From Trichomonas gallinae (Eukaryota): DNA of 52,350 nt. The position numbers were made by a program, and so were the translations under genes. Shown here in pieces: positions 39,126-50,300 of the stretch (positions are counted from its first letter, which is position 1; the number at the start of each line of letters is the position of its first letter). The notes below the pieces were generated by a model. The model had not been told where the DNA came from and made no database searches. It saw only the letters and a list, made by a program, of their open reading frames with translations. Location: assembly GCA_008369845.1 (NCBI GenBank), contig MRSU01010707.1, forward strand, positions 1 through 52,350, read 5' to 3'.

Positions 39126-41306
39126 TTATAAATCAGCACCGAAAATATCTTCATCATCTTCATCTCTGTAGCTCTTGATCTTGTTAGTTAAAACAGCCTC
39201 TTCGAGCTCTTTATATGCTCCGCTCAACTTCTTCACGCGAAGCTCGATCATTGCGCAAGTAAGGATTGGCTCATCGTATTCTTCGAGCTCCTCCTGCTCC
39301 TGCATCATTCTATTCATCCAGTCACGCGTCTGCTTGATGTGCGTGAGTATGGCTTTCTTCTGCGCTTTAGGCACGTGAAGCTTCTGTTTCTTCCACCTGT
39401 CTAAGACAGCATCCTGCATGTCGCTCAATAAATAATCGAGTTCCTGAATTGCAGGGCCTCTTCCTTTCTTCTCTGTAGCACGGTTGATTATAGGAGACAA
39501 GAATTTAAGCAACGACTTCTTTTGGTCAACCAAATCATATTCGTCTTCAAACTCTTTGTGCTCTTCGCACCAACTAACAATTTCTTCCAGCTTGTTTTTA
39601 ACCGAATCTATTTCCAGTGGATTGATGACAGACAAGAAAACTTTGTCCGTCATGTTATTCTTGAACGCGAAGACAACAACGTCGAGCTCATTCTTGGCTT
39701 CGTTGATTCTGTATAACCTTCTATCGTTCATAATAAATCTGTTGATTATATCTCTAAAATTATCTCTCTCTTCTTTGGAGATGAAATAAGGTCTCCTGTC
39801 TTCAGTGCAGTCGACCTCCAATATCTGCTGCGTGCCACCTTCACTCTTAGTGAATAGCTGAGACTTTGAGAGCTGAAGGATTCCGTTGTTTGTCAATGAG
39901 AAAATGAAAGAAATTCTTCCACCTTCTTTAGGAATCTTGCAGCTCCATGTTCCAATGATTTTCGAGCAGCCAACTGGATGCTGGCCGCCGTAGTAGACGA
40001 CGACGGACTGGCCATGGGCGTTTTCGAATCTCACTGTCTTTGTTTTTGATGTTAACACGTTTGATTGTATCATTGTCTTATGATCATCGCCTAATGATAC
40101 ATTAACGACAAGTGAACTGATGGAATTTAATGTAATTTCGCTCTTTTGTAGCTCTTTGAGTGTTGCAGCGTAGTATGTAGCACCGTAAAGGATTGTTTCA
40201 TCGTTATTCAAAGTTTTTGAAATATTTCCTAAATATGTAGTAAAAATGTCTTGAACACGCATAATGCGAGAAGCACCACCGATAAACTCTACTGAATCGA
40301 ATGTTTGATTGATAGATTTCGCGATATTTTCTATTTTTGTGAAAATTTCTGCGCAAGATTGGTAAAATTCTTCTCTTGTGTATTGTATTTTACGATTTAA
40401 TGCGTCTATTGTCTCATTTGCGTAATCATTTAATGTTAAAGCGTGTTTTATTTTCTTTGCATCGAGAAGAAGTTTATAATTTACTTCAGGTATATCGTAT
40501 TTCTTTGCTATATCCTTTGCGATGAGTATATCAAAATCCAAACCGCCAATTGTATCATCCCACGCAAAAACTAATTCTTCAACCTTTGGCTGTGGTCTTG
40601 GATTTCCTCCACGCTTGTTTTCATATGTAGCTGAGAATTTATAACCAGAAACTGTCAATTTTCCAGCTCCTAAATCAATAATTGCGACATTTCTCGGCTC
40701 TCTAACGAAAAAGCTTAATTTTTCGTGCGCATAAGTATAAGCAGCTGCTAACTTAGTGTCAACTAATCTCAACACAGTTAAATTCACGACTTCAGCAGCT
40801 TCGATTATTTTCATTCTCTGTATTTCAGTAAAATATGGTGGCACAGCGATGACAACATTCGAATAGTCATCCTTTCCAAACTGAACTTCAGCATTCTTCA
40901 CAATCTTGTTGAAAAGCATTGCTAAAGGAATTATCGGATCAATTCCGTTAATTTTACCGTCAACCATCTTTAATCCGTACATTCTTCTATCAAGATGCTT
41001 GTTTAATTCTTCATCTTCGGATTTTCCGATGATTTCTGGAAAAGCACGAAAAACTGCAGATTGATTTCTCGCTAAAACTGCAGTTGCCGCGTATCCAATT
41101 CTTCTGTCGATGTCTTTGATGTTTTCTGGCGTGATTGATAGATTTGTATCGAAAGAAACTAAAGCTTCTGTTAATCTTTTCGAATGTTCATTTAAAATTA
41201 CTTCGACATTCTTCTTTCTAAAGACGCCAGCTTTGATAGTGTCAGAACCTATGTCTATTCCTATCACAGCTGACCGCGCATTAAAAAGAAATAAAGCGAA
41301 AAACAT
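39126..41306 (-). CDS. ER-lumen Hsp70-superfamily chaperone, GRP170/HYOU1/Lhs1-like
   Basis: Signal peptide MFFALFLFNARS, then VIGIDIGS, IIDLGAG, IGGLDFD, VEFIGGASRI and AKNELD. C-terminal GADL resembles an ER retrieval signal. Confidence 0.88.
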   Translation of the reverse strand: MFFALFLFNARSAVIGIDIGSDTIKAGVFRKKNVEVILNEHSKRLTEALVSFDTNLSITPENIKDIDRRIGYAATAVLARNQSAVFRAFPEIIGKSEDEELNKHLDRRMYGLKMVDGKINGIDPIIPLAMLFNKIVKNAEVQFGKDDYSNVVIAVPPYFTEIQRMKIIEAAEVVNLTVLRLVDTKLAAAYTYAHEKLSFFVREPRNVAIIDLGAGKLTVSGYKFSATYENKRGGNPRPQPKVEELVFAWDDTIGGLDFDILIAKDIAKKYDIPEVNYKLLLDAKKIKHALTLNDYANETIDALNRKIQYTREEFYQSCAEIFTKIENIAKSINQTFDSVEFIGGASRIMRVQDIFTTYLGNISKTLNNDETILYGATYYAATLKELQKSEITLNSISSLVVNVSLGDDHKTMIQSNVLTSKTKTVRFENAHGQSVVVYYGGQHPVGCSKIIGTWSCKIPKEGGRISFIFSLTNNGILQLSKSQLFTKSEGGTQQILEVDCTEDRRPYFISKEERDNFRDIINRFIMNDRRLYRINEAKNELDVVVFAFKNNMTDKVFLSVINPLEIDSVKNKLEEIVSWCEEHKEFEDEYDLVDQKKSLLKFLSPIINRATEKKGRGPAIQELDYLLSDMQDAVLDRWKKQKLHVPKAQKKAILTHIKQTRDWMNRMMQEQEELEEYDEPILTCAMIELRVKKLSGAYKELEEAVLTNKIKSYRDEDDEDIFGADL

Positions 41307-41398
41307 TGTTATGTAAAAAATCTGTCAGTTTTTACAAAATTTGGTCAAATCGGTACAGTTTACATGGCAAATATATGTTACATGACAAAAATCAGATT

Positions 41399-43627
41399 AT
41401 GAATGTAAAATCGATTTCGCAGCAGATAATAAAAAAATGTCAAGCGAATTTCATTATTAAAGATGAAATATATGTATCTGGTGTGAAATTGGATGATATA
41501 TCGTCAGATCACAATGTTTCTGAACTTATCATTTTATCTTCTGCTGGATTTTATAAATTTCATATAAACAATGATGATATTGTTTGTGATTCGTCGTATT
41601 CGATCTTATCATTAAAGAAAATTTTCTATAAAGAGCCAAATCAATTAATATTATTTTTTGAAGATGGTAAATTCGAATTTCAAACACAAGATGCATTTTA
41701 TTTCGCTATATCAATTCTCACACACTACTCAATCATATATTTCAAAGTAAATTCGATAGATTTGAAATTAGAATCTGAGCCAGAGAATCTTTTACAATAT
41801 AAAATACTTCCAAAACGACCTAGCAATCTACTACAAACTCGATGCACAGCATTTTCACATCATTTTAAAACGAAGTTCAATCTTGCAAATCTGAAAGTGA
41901 TTAAAGAATGGGACAGAAGTACTCAAAGCGGTTTAACTTTGGAGCAAACACCAGAAAGAATCTCAAATTTGCAAGTTTTTGCAAAACCATTAGGTTGGGA
42001 TGCAAAAATTCATTCACTTGTGTTCAAGAACTTCTTTCCTGAATATATAGCAAGCTTTGCATCGGAAGTTATCAATAATAGCGTCTCTCTTAGAATTTTA
42101 CATTTCAATTCGTATAAATCTCAATTTCAAGATGAATTTAATTTTATTCAAGGACCGCAATGCAGATTAGACACAATAGTTGTTGGTTCATGCCATGAAA
42201 TGTTCTTATTGAAAGTTATCCAAGGTTTTCAAAAGTATTCATTAAGAATGAAACAAGTTGCAATAAATGACTGTTCACTAAGTGCAGAAACCACTGTTCC
42301 TTTGTTTAATTGCCTGCAAACATTCCAATGCTTCCAATTACTCAAAACTTTGACTTTAGAAAATTGCAATTTTGAACAAATCAATGCAGAAATCTTTGAT
42401 AACTTTGTTAAAACTCACATTAGTCTCTATGATATACATTTCAAAAGCATTGAAGGAGATATTTCAAAACATGTGAAATCTTTAACACAACATCCAAGAA
42501 TATCATTAATAGAGCTTGATTCATGCAATCTTCAAGAATTTTCATCAATGGATCCAGCAAATGAAAGTTTGACAACAATTTTAATTCGAGATTGCAAAGT
42601 TTCGTATGATGCCTTCAAATGCATTGCCGCTTCATTACTGATCAAGAAACGTTCCAAATTAGCAGTTTTTGGCTTCCAAACATTTCTTTCGCCTGATTTA
42701 GGAATTGGATACATTAATGCATTATTAGAATTGAATCCACAGCCAAACCTCATTGAATTTGATTTCCATGGAGTTGGAATAGACTCAAATTCGATAATTC
42801 AATTTATCAAATTTTTGAAAACTCAAACATTTCTGTCTTACATCGGTTTTAGAGGTTGTTTTCGCAAAAACTTGAATCAAAACTTGCCAATTCTTGCAGA
42901 ATACATTGTTTCCAGCAAAATTACTGGAATTGATTGTTCATCTGATAAACTTAGAGGGACTCCACAGTCACACATCGACTTTGTCAATGCTATATGTGCT
43001 GCTAAGAGGCTTAGTTCCGTAATTTTAGCTAATTGCAGATTAGGAGACAACGGAGCTCAAGCTCTGATCAAGCTTTCACGCGAACTGCCCTGCCTTGAAG
43101 AGATATGTTTAGATAATATAGAATTGTCAACGAAAAACGCTTTCATTTCTTTGTATTCTCGATTAACAGAAATTCCATCACTAAGATCAATTGCGACACC
43201 GAAAACTGAGATCGCTCAGTTCGATTTGCTGAATGATCCATCGCCGATCACTAAGAAACTCATAGCTCATCTAAAAAGGATGAATGTACCAAAGAATTTC
43301 CTCAGTAGGCTGAGGGTCTACGAAAAAAATGGTTTCACTTATATCGAAACAGCAAAACAAGCTCAAATAGAGAGAAATCTGCTAAAACTCGGAGAAGGTG
43401 AAATAGAATTTGGTGAAAAACTCAACGCCATTGATAAGTTAATGGAAAGCATGGTGAACACAATAGAAGAAGGAGTCGGAGAAAACCCATTCGATATGTG
43501 CATGGAAATAATCAAAGGAATCAAAACTAGGAAAATTCTTAATCAAGATCATGATGATGTTGAACTCGATGCATTCATGGCACAGCAAGATCAAGATGCA
43601 GAAGGTGATGAATTCATCACTTCATGA
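41399..43627 (+). CDS. CARMIL-like PH plus leucine-rich-repeat protein
   Basis: N-terminal PH-like strands (ELIILSSAGFYKF...LKKIFYKEPNQLILFF) precede RNI-type LRRs (LKTLTLENCNF; LANCRLGDNGAQAL). The track start is TTG; in-frame ATGs are at 41375 and 41399. Confidence 0.75.
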   Translation: MNVKSISQQIIKKCQANFIIKDEIYVSGVKLDDISSDHNVSELIILSSAGFYKFHINNDDIVCDSSYSILSLKKIFYKEPNQLILFFEDGKFEFQTQDAFYFAISILTHYSIIYFKVNSIDLKLESEPENLLQYKILPKRPSNLLQTRCTAFSHHFKTKFNLANLKVIKEWDRSTQSGLTLEQTPERISNLQVFAKPLGWDAKIHSLVFKNFFPEYIASFASEVINNSVSLRILHFNSYKSQFQDEFNFIQGPQCRLDTIVVGSCHEMFLLKVIQGFQKYSLRMKQVAINDCSLSAETTVPLFNCLQTFQCFQLLKTLTLENCNFEQINAEIFDNFVKTHISLYDIHFKSIEGDISKHVKSLTQHPRISLIELDSCNLQEFSSMDPANESLTTILIRDCKVSYDAFKCIAASLLIKKRSKLAVFGFQTFLSPDLGIGYINALLELNPQPNLIEFDFHGVGIDSNSIIQFIKFLKTQTFLSYIGFRGCFRKNLNQNLPILAEYIVSSKITGIDCSSDKLRGTPQSHIDFVNAICAAKRLSSVILANCRLGDNGAQALIKLSRELPCLEEICLDNIELSTKNAFISLYSRLTEIPSLRSIATPKTEIAQFDLLNDPSPITKKLIAHLKRMNVPKNFLSRLRVYEKNGFTYIETAKQAQIERNLLKLGEGEIEFGEKLNAIDKLMESMVNTIEEGVGENPFDMCMEIIKGIKTRKILNQDHDDVELDAFMAQQDQDAEGDEFITS

Positions 43628-44049
43628 AATACTATTATATCATTTTTGTTTGTATGTTTGTTTTTTAAATCAGGTTATATTGCGAAAATATTTTATTGCA
43701 AATTTTGCATGAGAACTTAAAACTACCTAATTCTGATGTTTACACAAGCAAAAACTTTATATTTGCATTATACACGTAAATGTTGAAATTTTTCTATTTA
43801 AATCAATTTAATTCTCATCAAAGTATGCATAAAATTGTGCTTGAATAACTAAAATCTGTATAATAAAATGTATATAATGTATTTGCATAAATTAGTCAAT
43901 ATGTTATCATATGAAAATTCATTTAATCAAAAATATTTTCATGCTAAATATGGAGAAAACGATAATTTTGGTTTCATTATTTGTTAAATATATGATGTAG
44001 AATATAACAAACAAGTTTTCATCGGAAATATAAAATTTTGACAAAATAT

Positions 44050-44122
44050 TTACATGTCAACAATTAAAATGATTGAATATATTACATGTCAATAATTTAA
44101 GATTGAATAATTTACATGTCAA
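44050..44122 (+). repeat. Three-copy tandem repeat (30-32 bp unit) carrying TTACATGTCAA
   Basis: TTACATGTCAA starts at 44050, 44082 and 44112. The first two units also contain GATTGAATA. Confidence 0.8.
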
Positions 44123-44317
44123 AATAATTTGAATTAATTTTCGATTTCATAAGAAATTGAGAGTTTGATATCATGTTTATCTTAAATTTCGAATTTTAAT
44201 TGAAAATTTGGGAAATTCAAATTTTTGTTGAAAAATATGTGACAGTATATAATAAAAGGCATTTTTACGATTAAATTTTTGAAAAATTTACAAAATAAGG
44301 AAAAAAAACACAAAAAA

Positions 44318-47300
44318 ATGATGAAAGTAATCGAAATCGAAGGATCTGATCGTTCCAGGTTGAAAGATTTCGATTACTTGGAGCACATAAAGACTCTTTT
44401 TACGACAAATCTTGGGATTTTGCTTCCTCCTTTTCCGGAAGCATTCAAATCTCTTCTTCCTCAAGTCAACACTAAACCTTTGACGAAAAAGAAGTCACCA
44501 GAAGAGACAATTATAGCAGGCCTTGCGCTTGAAAATCGAAATAAATTGATTGAATACATAATTAATAATTTGGAATCGATAACAACGTCAAATTCGCAAA
44601 TAGAGCATACATTCATGATAATTCTGCAATCCTTTACTTCTTTATATTTCAAAGACCTCCAATTTTTAGACGAACACGTTTTAAAATTGTATATTCAGTC
44701 TTTAATCATTACAAAGCAAATTCTTCCATCGGGATCGAATCTCGTTTTCCGAACATTTTACTATTTTTACATTAGAATTGCTTCTTCTCCTTATAATATT
44801 AGATTTTTGAACCAAATGAATCAATTTTTTGATTCATTTAAAGGATTTCCCGGATATTTTATTCCTATAAACATCGAATACTGCTATTCTCTCTTACGCA
44901 AATGCTTAGATCATCCAGATTTGATTGGCGATGACGAAATAAAAACGCATTTTTCGATTGTTGTTCGTGAATTACAAGATAAAGTGAAGGGGAAGATGGA
45001 TGAAGACTTTATCCGTCATTTGTTTGCGAAAATTATTCAAATTGTTTATCCAGCAGAAACTATTGAATTTAACGAGTTTAATACACTTATATTACGTTTT
45101 GCCATTGAAATCTCACGACTTACAGGTGTAGTTTTCAGAGAATTAGGCGTAATCATAAATAAAATTATTTCAACTCGCGAATTTAACGATCCAAACATTG
45201 TAGATATCGAAAAACCAGTCAAAAGGGCAAATCCAGCAATTCTACCTACATATTTATCAATGCAAGACTACAAAAACCAAATTCCAGTTGAAATTCAAAC
45301 ACTAATTCGTTTTTTATCAGAAACACCAGAAAATTCTATACCAGCGCTGCTTTCTTCAATGATTATAGACTCTTTGGGCTTCATGAAAGCGCCTTTAGTC
45401 GAAATTTTATTAATAATCTTTCTTGAAGAGCCTTTTAGGAAGCCCCCGGCAATGGAATACTACCAGTCATTCCAGATGTTCAACATTTTCTTCAACACAG
45501 TCCTTTATTCCCCTGAATATTCGTTTTTTCAGGAACCAATTCCTTTAATTGTGAATTTAAGGCATATATCAATGCAGGTGTTTTCACTACTCAACTATAA
45601 GATCAATGACATACCGATGACTAATACTATCATCCCGATTATGATCAATTCCTCGCCTTATCCATATTTATTCTCTGAATTTCTATATTTAATCAGAAAT
45701 TCTATTGATTTTGATAGCATAAATTGCGATTCTATAATTGAATTCCTAGTTTGCATCAAATCTGAGCTTGTAATGCAATTAAATCTCAAAGATGAAAATT
45801 ATCCATATATAGTTGAATCTAGAAAGATTTTACTCACGTCATTGACTGATTTAGCGAAAAGTGATAGGTTCTGCAGCTATGCTGTCCAATCAAAAGACTT
45901 CTTGAATGTGTTATCAAAATTAATTTTCTTAGAAAGTGTGCAAAGAGAAACAACCGTTTTCCTCTCGTCTATTTTATGCTATTCAGTTGAGAACAGCATT
46001 GATTCTAAGATTTTATACAAAGAATTGTCAGCAATTCTTGAAAATATTCGCGAAGACCCAGAAAGAAAGCTTGACGTTGGTGGTTCGATACTAAACATAT
46101 TTCACTCGGGATTGGCGTGCGCAAAAGATGATTTTTACGTGAATTTAGCGAAATCAGAATTATTTTCAGCAGTTTCTCAATATATTCTCAGTTTAACGAC
46201 AATTGAGAAGACAGCATTCACAGAATCCAGAATTCCGCCTGTTTTTGTCACATCTTTATTAATTTTATATTCTTTATCAATTGCAATGATGAAAAAGATT
46301 TTGATAGTAAACTGGATTCCAATATCAGATGTTATCAGAAAGTTCGGAATCACTGAAGAAGTTTACAGTGTTATTATAATGATTGTATCTGTGAATCAGA
46401 TCGAATTTACTGGTATTAACTGCGTAGAAGCAGGTTCTCTAGTTCTTCCGATATTAGAATCACCTTTTTGTGGCCTTTTCCTTAAAGAACTTTCGAGATG
46501 TGTTGCAAATTCTTACATTCAATGCATTAACTGCGTCAAAGCTGGAATACACTCATATTTATTGGATTTGCTGCATAACAGTCCAAACGAAGAGGCAACA
46601 TTCCTTGTAATTGCGATTTTGACAAAAATTTCTTCCGCAATTTTCGACAGACCTTCGCTTTTCAAGTGTATAGAGCTCACAGATCCAAGCAAACCCACAA
46701 ATAAAAACATTCCAACGATTTTATCATTTTTGGCTGGTTCAGTCAATGACCCGCAAAGCACAGTTTCAAACTTTTTGCAATTCACAGCCCAGCTTGGATC
46801 CGTTCGCCTTCCGAATCTTCCAATCAAAGACTTCCTTGGACAAGTCACTGTGTCAGCGACAGTCTTGCTAACAGACTTAAGTAGCCACCAAGATACAATT
46901 CACTTTTTGAATTTCACATCAGCAAATAATTATTTGTCTTTCGTGCTCGAATTGACATCTGTGACGATTTATTCCAATGTTTTTCCATCATGGTCCTTGT
47001 CCGCTACCATCGACCCGCTTCCTCTCAACAAGTGGATCAACATAACTGTTTCTTTCGATTATTTGAGCACTTTTCATTTTTACATCGACGGAGAATTAGT
47101 TGCGACAATCGAAACATCGTGCAACAGGTGGGATGAAGGCGTGGAAAGAACGACAATGTTCCACCCCATCTCAGTCTTAAACAAGGCAATGAACTCAAAC
47201 GTCAACGGACAAGTTTCGAGGATATATGTTTTCCTCACAAACCCGAACGAGAAAATTTTGTCATCAATCACGAGAAACGACACCCAATACGTGGATCTTT

Positions 47301-50300
47301 TGTCGCTGCCGAAGATCAACATGATGTTCTCTCCCGAATTCTCTCAGAACAACACTATGATGAATTTAGTCGACATTGAGTCGCAGCCGGCGGTTTTCAC
47401 TATGTACTCATTTTTAGACGTTTGCCCAATCAAAAACGTTTTCGTTGGCACCAAAGGCGTCTGTCTGATTCTCGCTCATCTATCGAGAATAGACTACGAC
47501 AGCCCTGATGCTGGAAATCTCTTCGAATGCTACATAAAAGCTATTTCAGAATTCATAAATTGCTCACCTGAAGTTGAAAAGCAGATGGTGAGGTGCAACG
47601 CCTGTTCAATCATAGCCAAATTCATGTACAAGCTGAAGACAGAGCATTTGACGCCGAAATTGCGCGCTTATTTCGTTAACATGGAGAGAAACATTCAAAA
47701 CTTGGCTTTGCTGAATTCTTTCTACCAACATATAATAATCGAATTCGAAAATTGGTTCTTACTCGATGAGCCAACTGTTTATGTTATTCTCAAACTATGG
47801 AACGACATCGCTCAGAACCACATAGAACTGTTCATAGAAAGCATATCATTCACATATATATTCGAAAGATGCCACTATTTAATCGAAAACAACAAATTCG
47901 GTCATGAAGTCGCAAACGAAATGTTGAACCTTTTAATTGTCTCTGCAAAGAAGACGTGTAACATGCAGACAATCGGATTATTAATCAAATTACTTCAATT
48001 CACACAAGGAAACCAAGAATTTTCATTAAGACTATTGCATATCATTTCTACATTGTCAATAGAAGTCCCAGAAATGCAGGATGACATCCAGAAGATCATG
48101 GTATATATGAAAGAGAAATTATGTCATGGAGATCCACTGCTTTTCGTCACAATTGTCGAGTTGTTTGCTAATAATGACACTTTGTTCGTCGATTGCGTGC
48201 TGGATGTTTTGAACATGTGCACAGAAAACGACGACGATTATATAAGACTGATGGTGAAAGTCTTCTGCAACGAATTAGTCGCTGCGAATGGAAAAGAAGA
48301 AATATCGGAATTAGTTGCTTTAGACAGATTCAGAGGAATTTCTATAATGATTCTTCCTTTTGTCTTCATTATTTCTTTCTATTGTGATTCAGAAACACTA
48401 CCTAATGTCAAAGAATTCCTTCAGAAATTGTTCGAGCATGAAGAATCAATCAGATTAATTTCACGCGGAATTACAACTCTCGGTCTGATGTTTGCTATGT
48501 TATACACTATTGTTATTGACAACAATTTCCTTGCTTGCTTAGTCAGACTCTTCTCACATAACACGCAATTGCTTGCTGATGCTTTTGAGCTGATTGATAT
48601 TATTTCGCTTTATTCGAAACGCGATTGCCACAACATACAAAACACTTTGGCTTCTGCTTTGGTTCTGATTGTCACTGAAAGAAGAGATGCGGCAGAAATC
48701 GCGAGATTTGTCAATATTGTTTCAACTTTCCTCATCTATGGATCAGACAGAAGCGTTTTCGCGAAGCATCAAGCGAAAGAAATGGACAAATCATTCGATT
48801 TGTTGCATTTCATTGAATCATTCAGACTCGGATTGAACATCAAGCGCGACATTTCTTTCGGCTTGTATTTCACTGACTCGCAGTGGTATGACTTGAATCT
48901 CGCTGTCCTTCTTGTTCCTTTGATCGAATACGTTGACAGCAACAGCACAAATATAGCAAGACAATTAATTATTATTTTGACTTTCATGTTGAGACAAGAC
49001 ATAGAATACGCGCCGCAAATTATTCCATTTTTAGATTTAGTTGCTGCTAGATCTGACATATCTGTTCAAGACTTAAGGCCTCTTTTCCTCGTCATGACGA
49101 AGAACATCGACATATTCCATCCAGCGACATTATTCTTCTCCAAATATGAGCAAGCAATAACGCAAAATGTCGAAGTTTACCAAACAGCAACGAATTCAAT
49201 GAACATTTTAATCCAACAATTGAATCGTAACAGCAATGTTGAAAAGGATTTAATCAAGCTGTTCAGCACCAACTACGAGGCACCTTCAATTCCAGATTAC
49301 ACGTTAGAAGAGAGCATAGAGATGATCAGGAGAGGCTTGAACGCGAGAAAAGGAAACCTCGACAAAAAGTGGAGAGTTTTTTGGGAGATGCTCGAAGAAG
49401 ACAGGACTCCTTTCTTCAATCCACTTTCTCACGTCCAACAGTATGTGCGCAGCGATCGCTATGATGCTCACTTCAGGCCAATACTTTTCAAGAAGGCGAG
49501 GAAACCTTTGAGAATCGATGTTAATCTTGAAAAGCTCGAGAATCCTGATGTTTCTAGTTTGGTTACTGACAGCCCAGTTAAATTCATTGGATGCTGCCCG
49601 CATGAACTTTGGTCCGCACCTTGCCAGAAGATTTCTGTATCAAAGAGATCTAATGGCATTTTGTACGTTACGCCAACGAAACTGATTTTCCAGGACGAAA
49701 ACAGAAGTGTCGTCATCGAAGGTTCATCGATTGAGTGTGTTTTCTGGCACTGGACATTCCACAGGGCTGATGCTATCACGATTTTCACGCATGACTACAG
49801 AGGCTTCATATTCAGATTCCCGAAGCAGAAAGATCACTCATTCACCAAATTCATCAAGCAAGTTTCGATGCCGAACTGTTTCTTCTTCCAGGAAAATCAG
49901 CCGTGGATTGAAATCGAAAGACTTGGTTTAACGCAAAGATGGAGAAACCACATGATTTCTAACTACGACTACCTCACTTGGCTGAACATGTTGAGTGGCC
50001 GCTCATTCCTCGATGTCTGCACTTATCCGATTTTCCCATGGCTTCTAGTGAACGAAATGAAAGAAAATTCTTCGAGAGATTTGAGCCACAACATTGCTTA
50101 CATGAACAAGAATTTATTCGCTTACAGACGCAAATTGCAGCAAGAAGCCTTCGATCCAGCAGACATTGAACTGTTCGATGCAACATTCTCAAGCTCATTG
50201 AAGGCTGTCCACTACAACATAAGAATCGAGCCATTCACGAGTCTTTTCATGTCGATGAAATTTGAAGGGCAAAATGATCATTTTATTTCAGTCACGAAAG

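Noticed and set aside
41306..41374. One-base overlap of the Hsp70 and LRR genes
   Set aside because: Artefact of the TTG start used by the ORF track; the real ATG is at 41375 or 41399.
44050..44122. CRISPR-like repeat-spacer array
   Set aside because: Eukaryotic context, an 11-bp repeat, spacers similar to each other and no cas genes.
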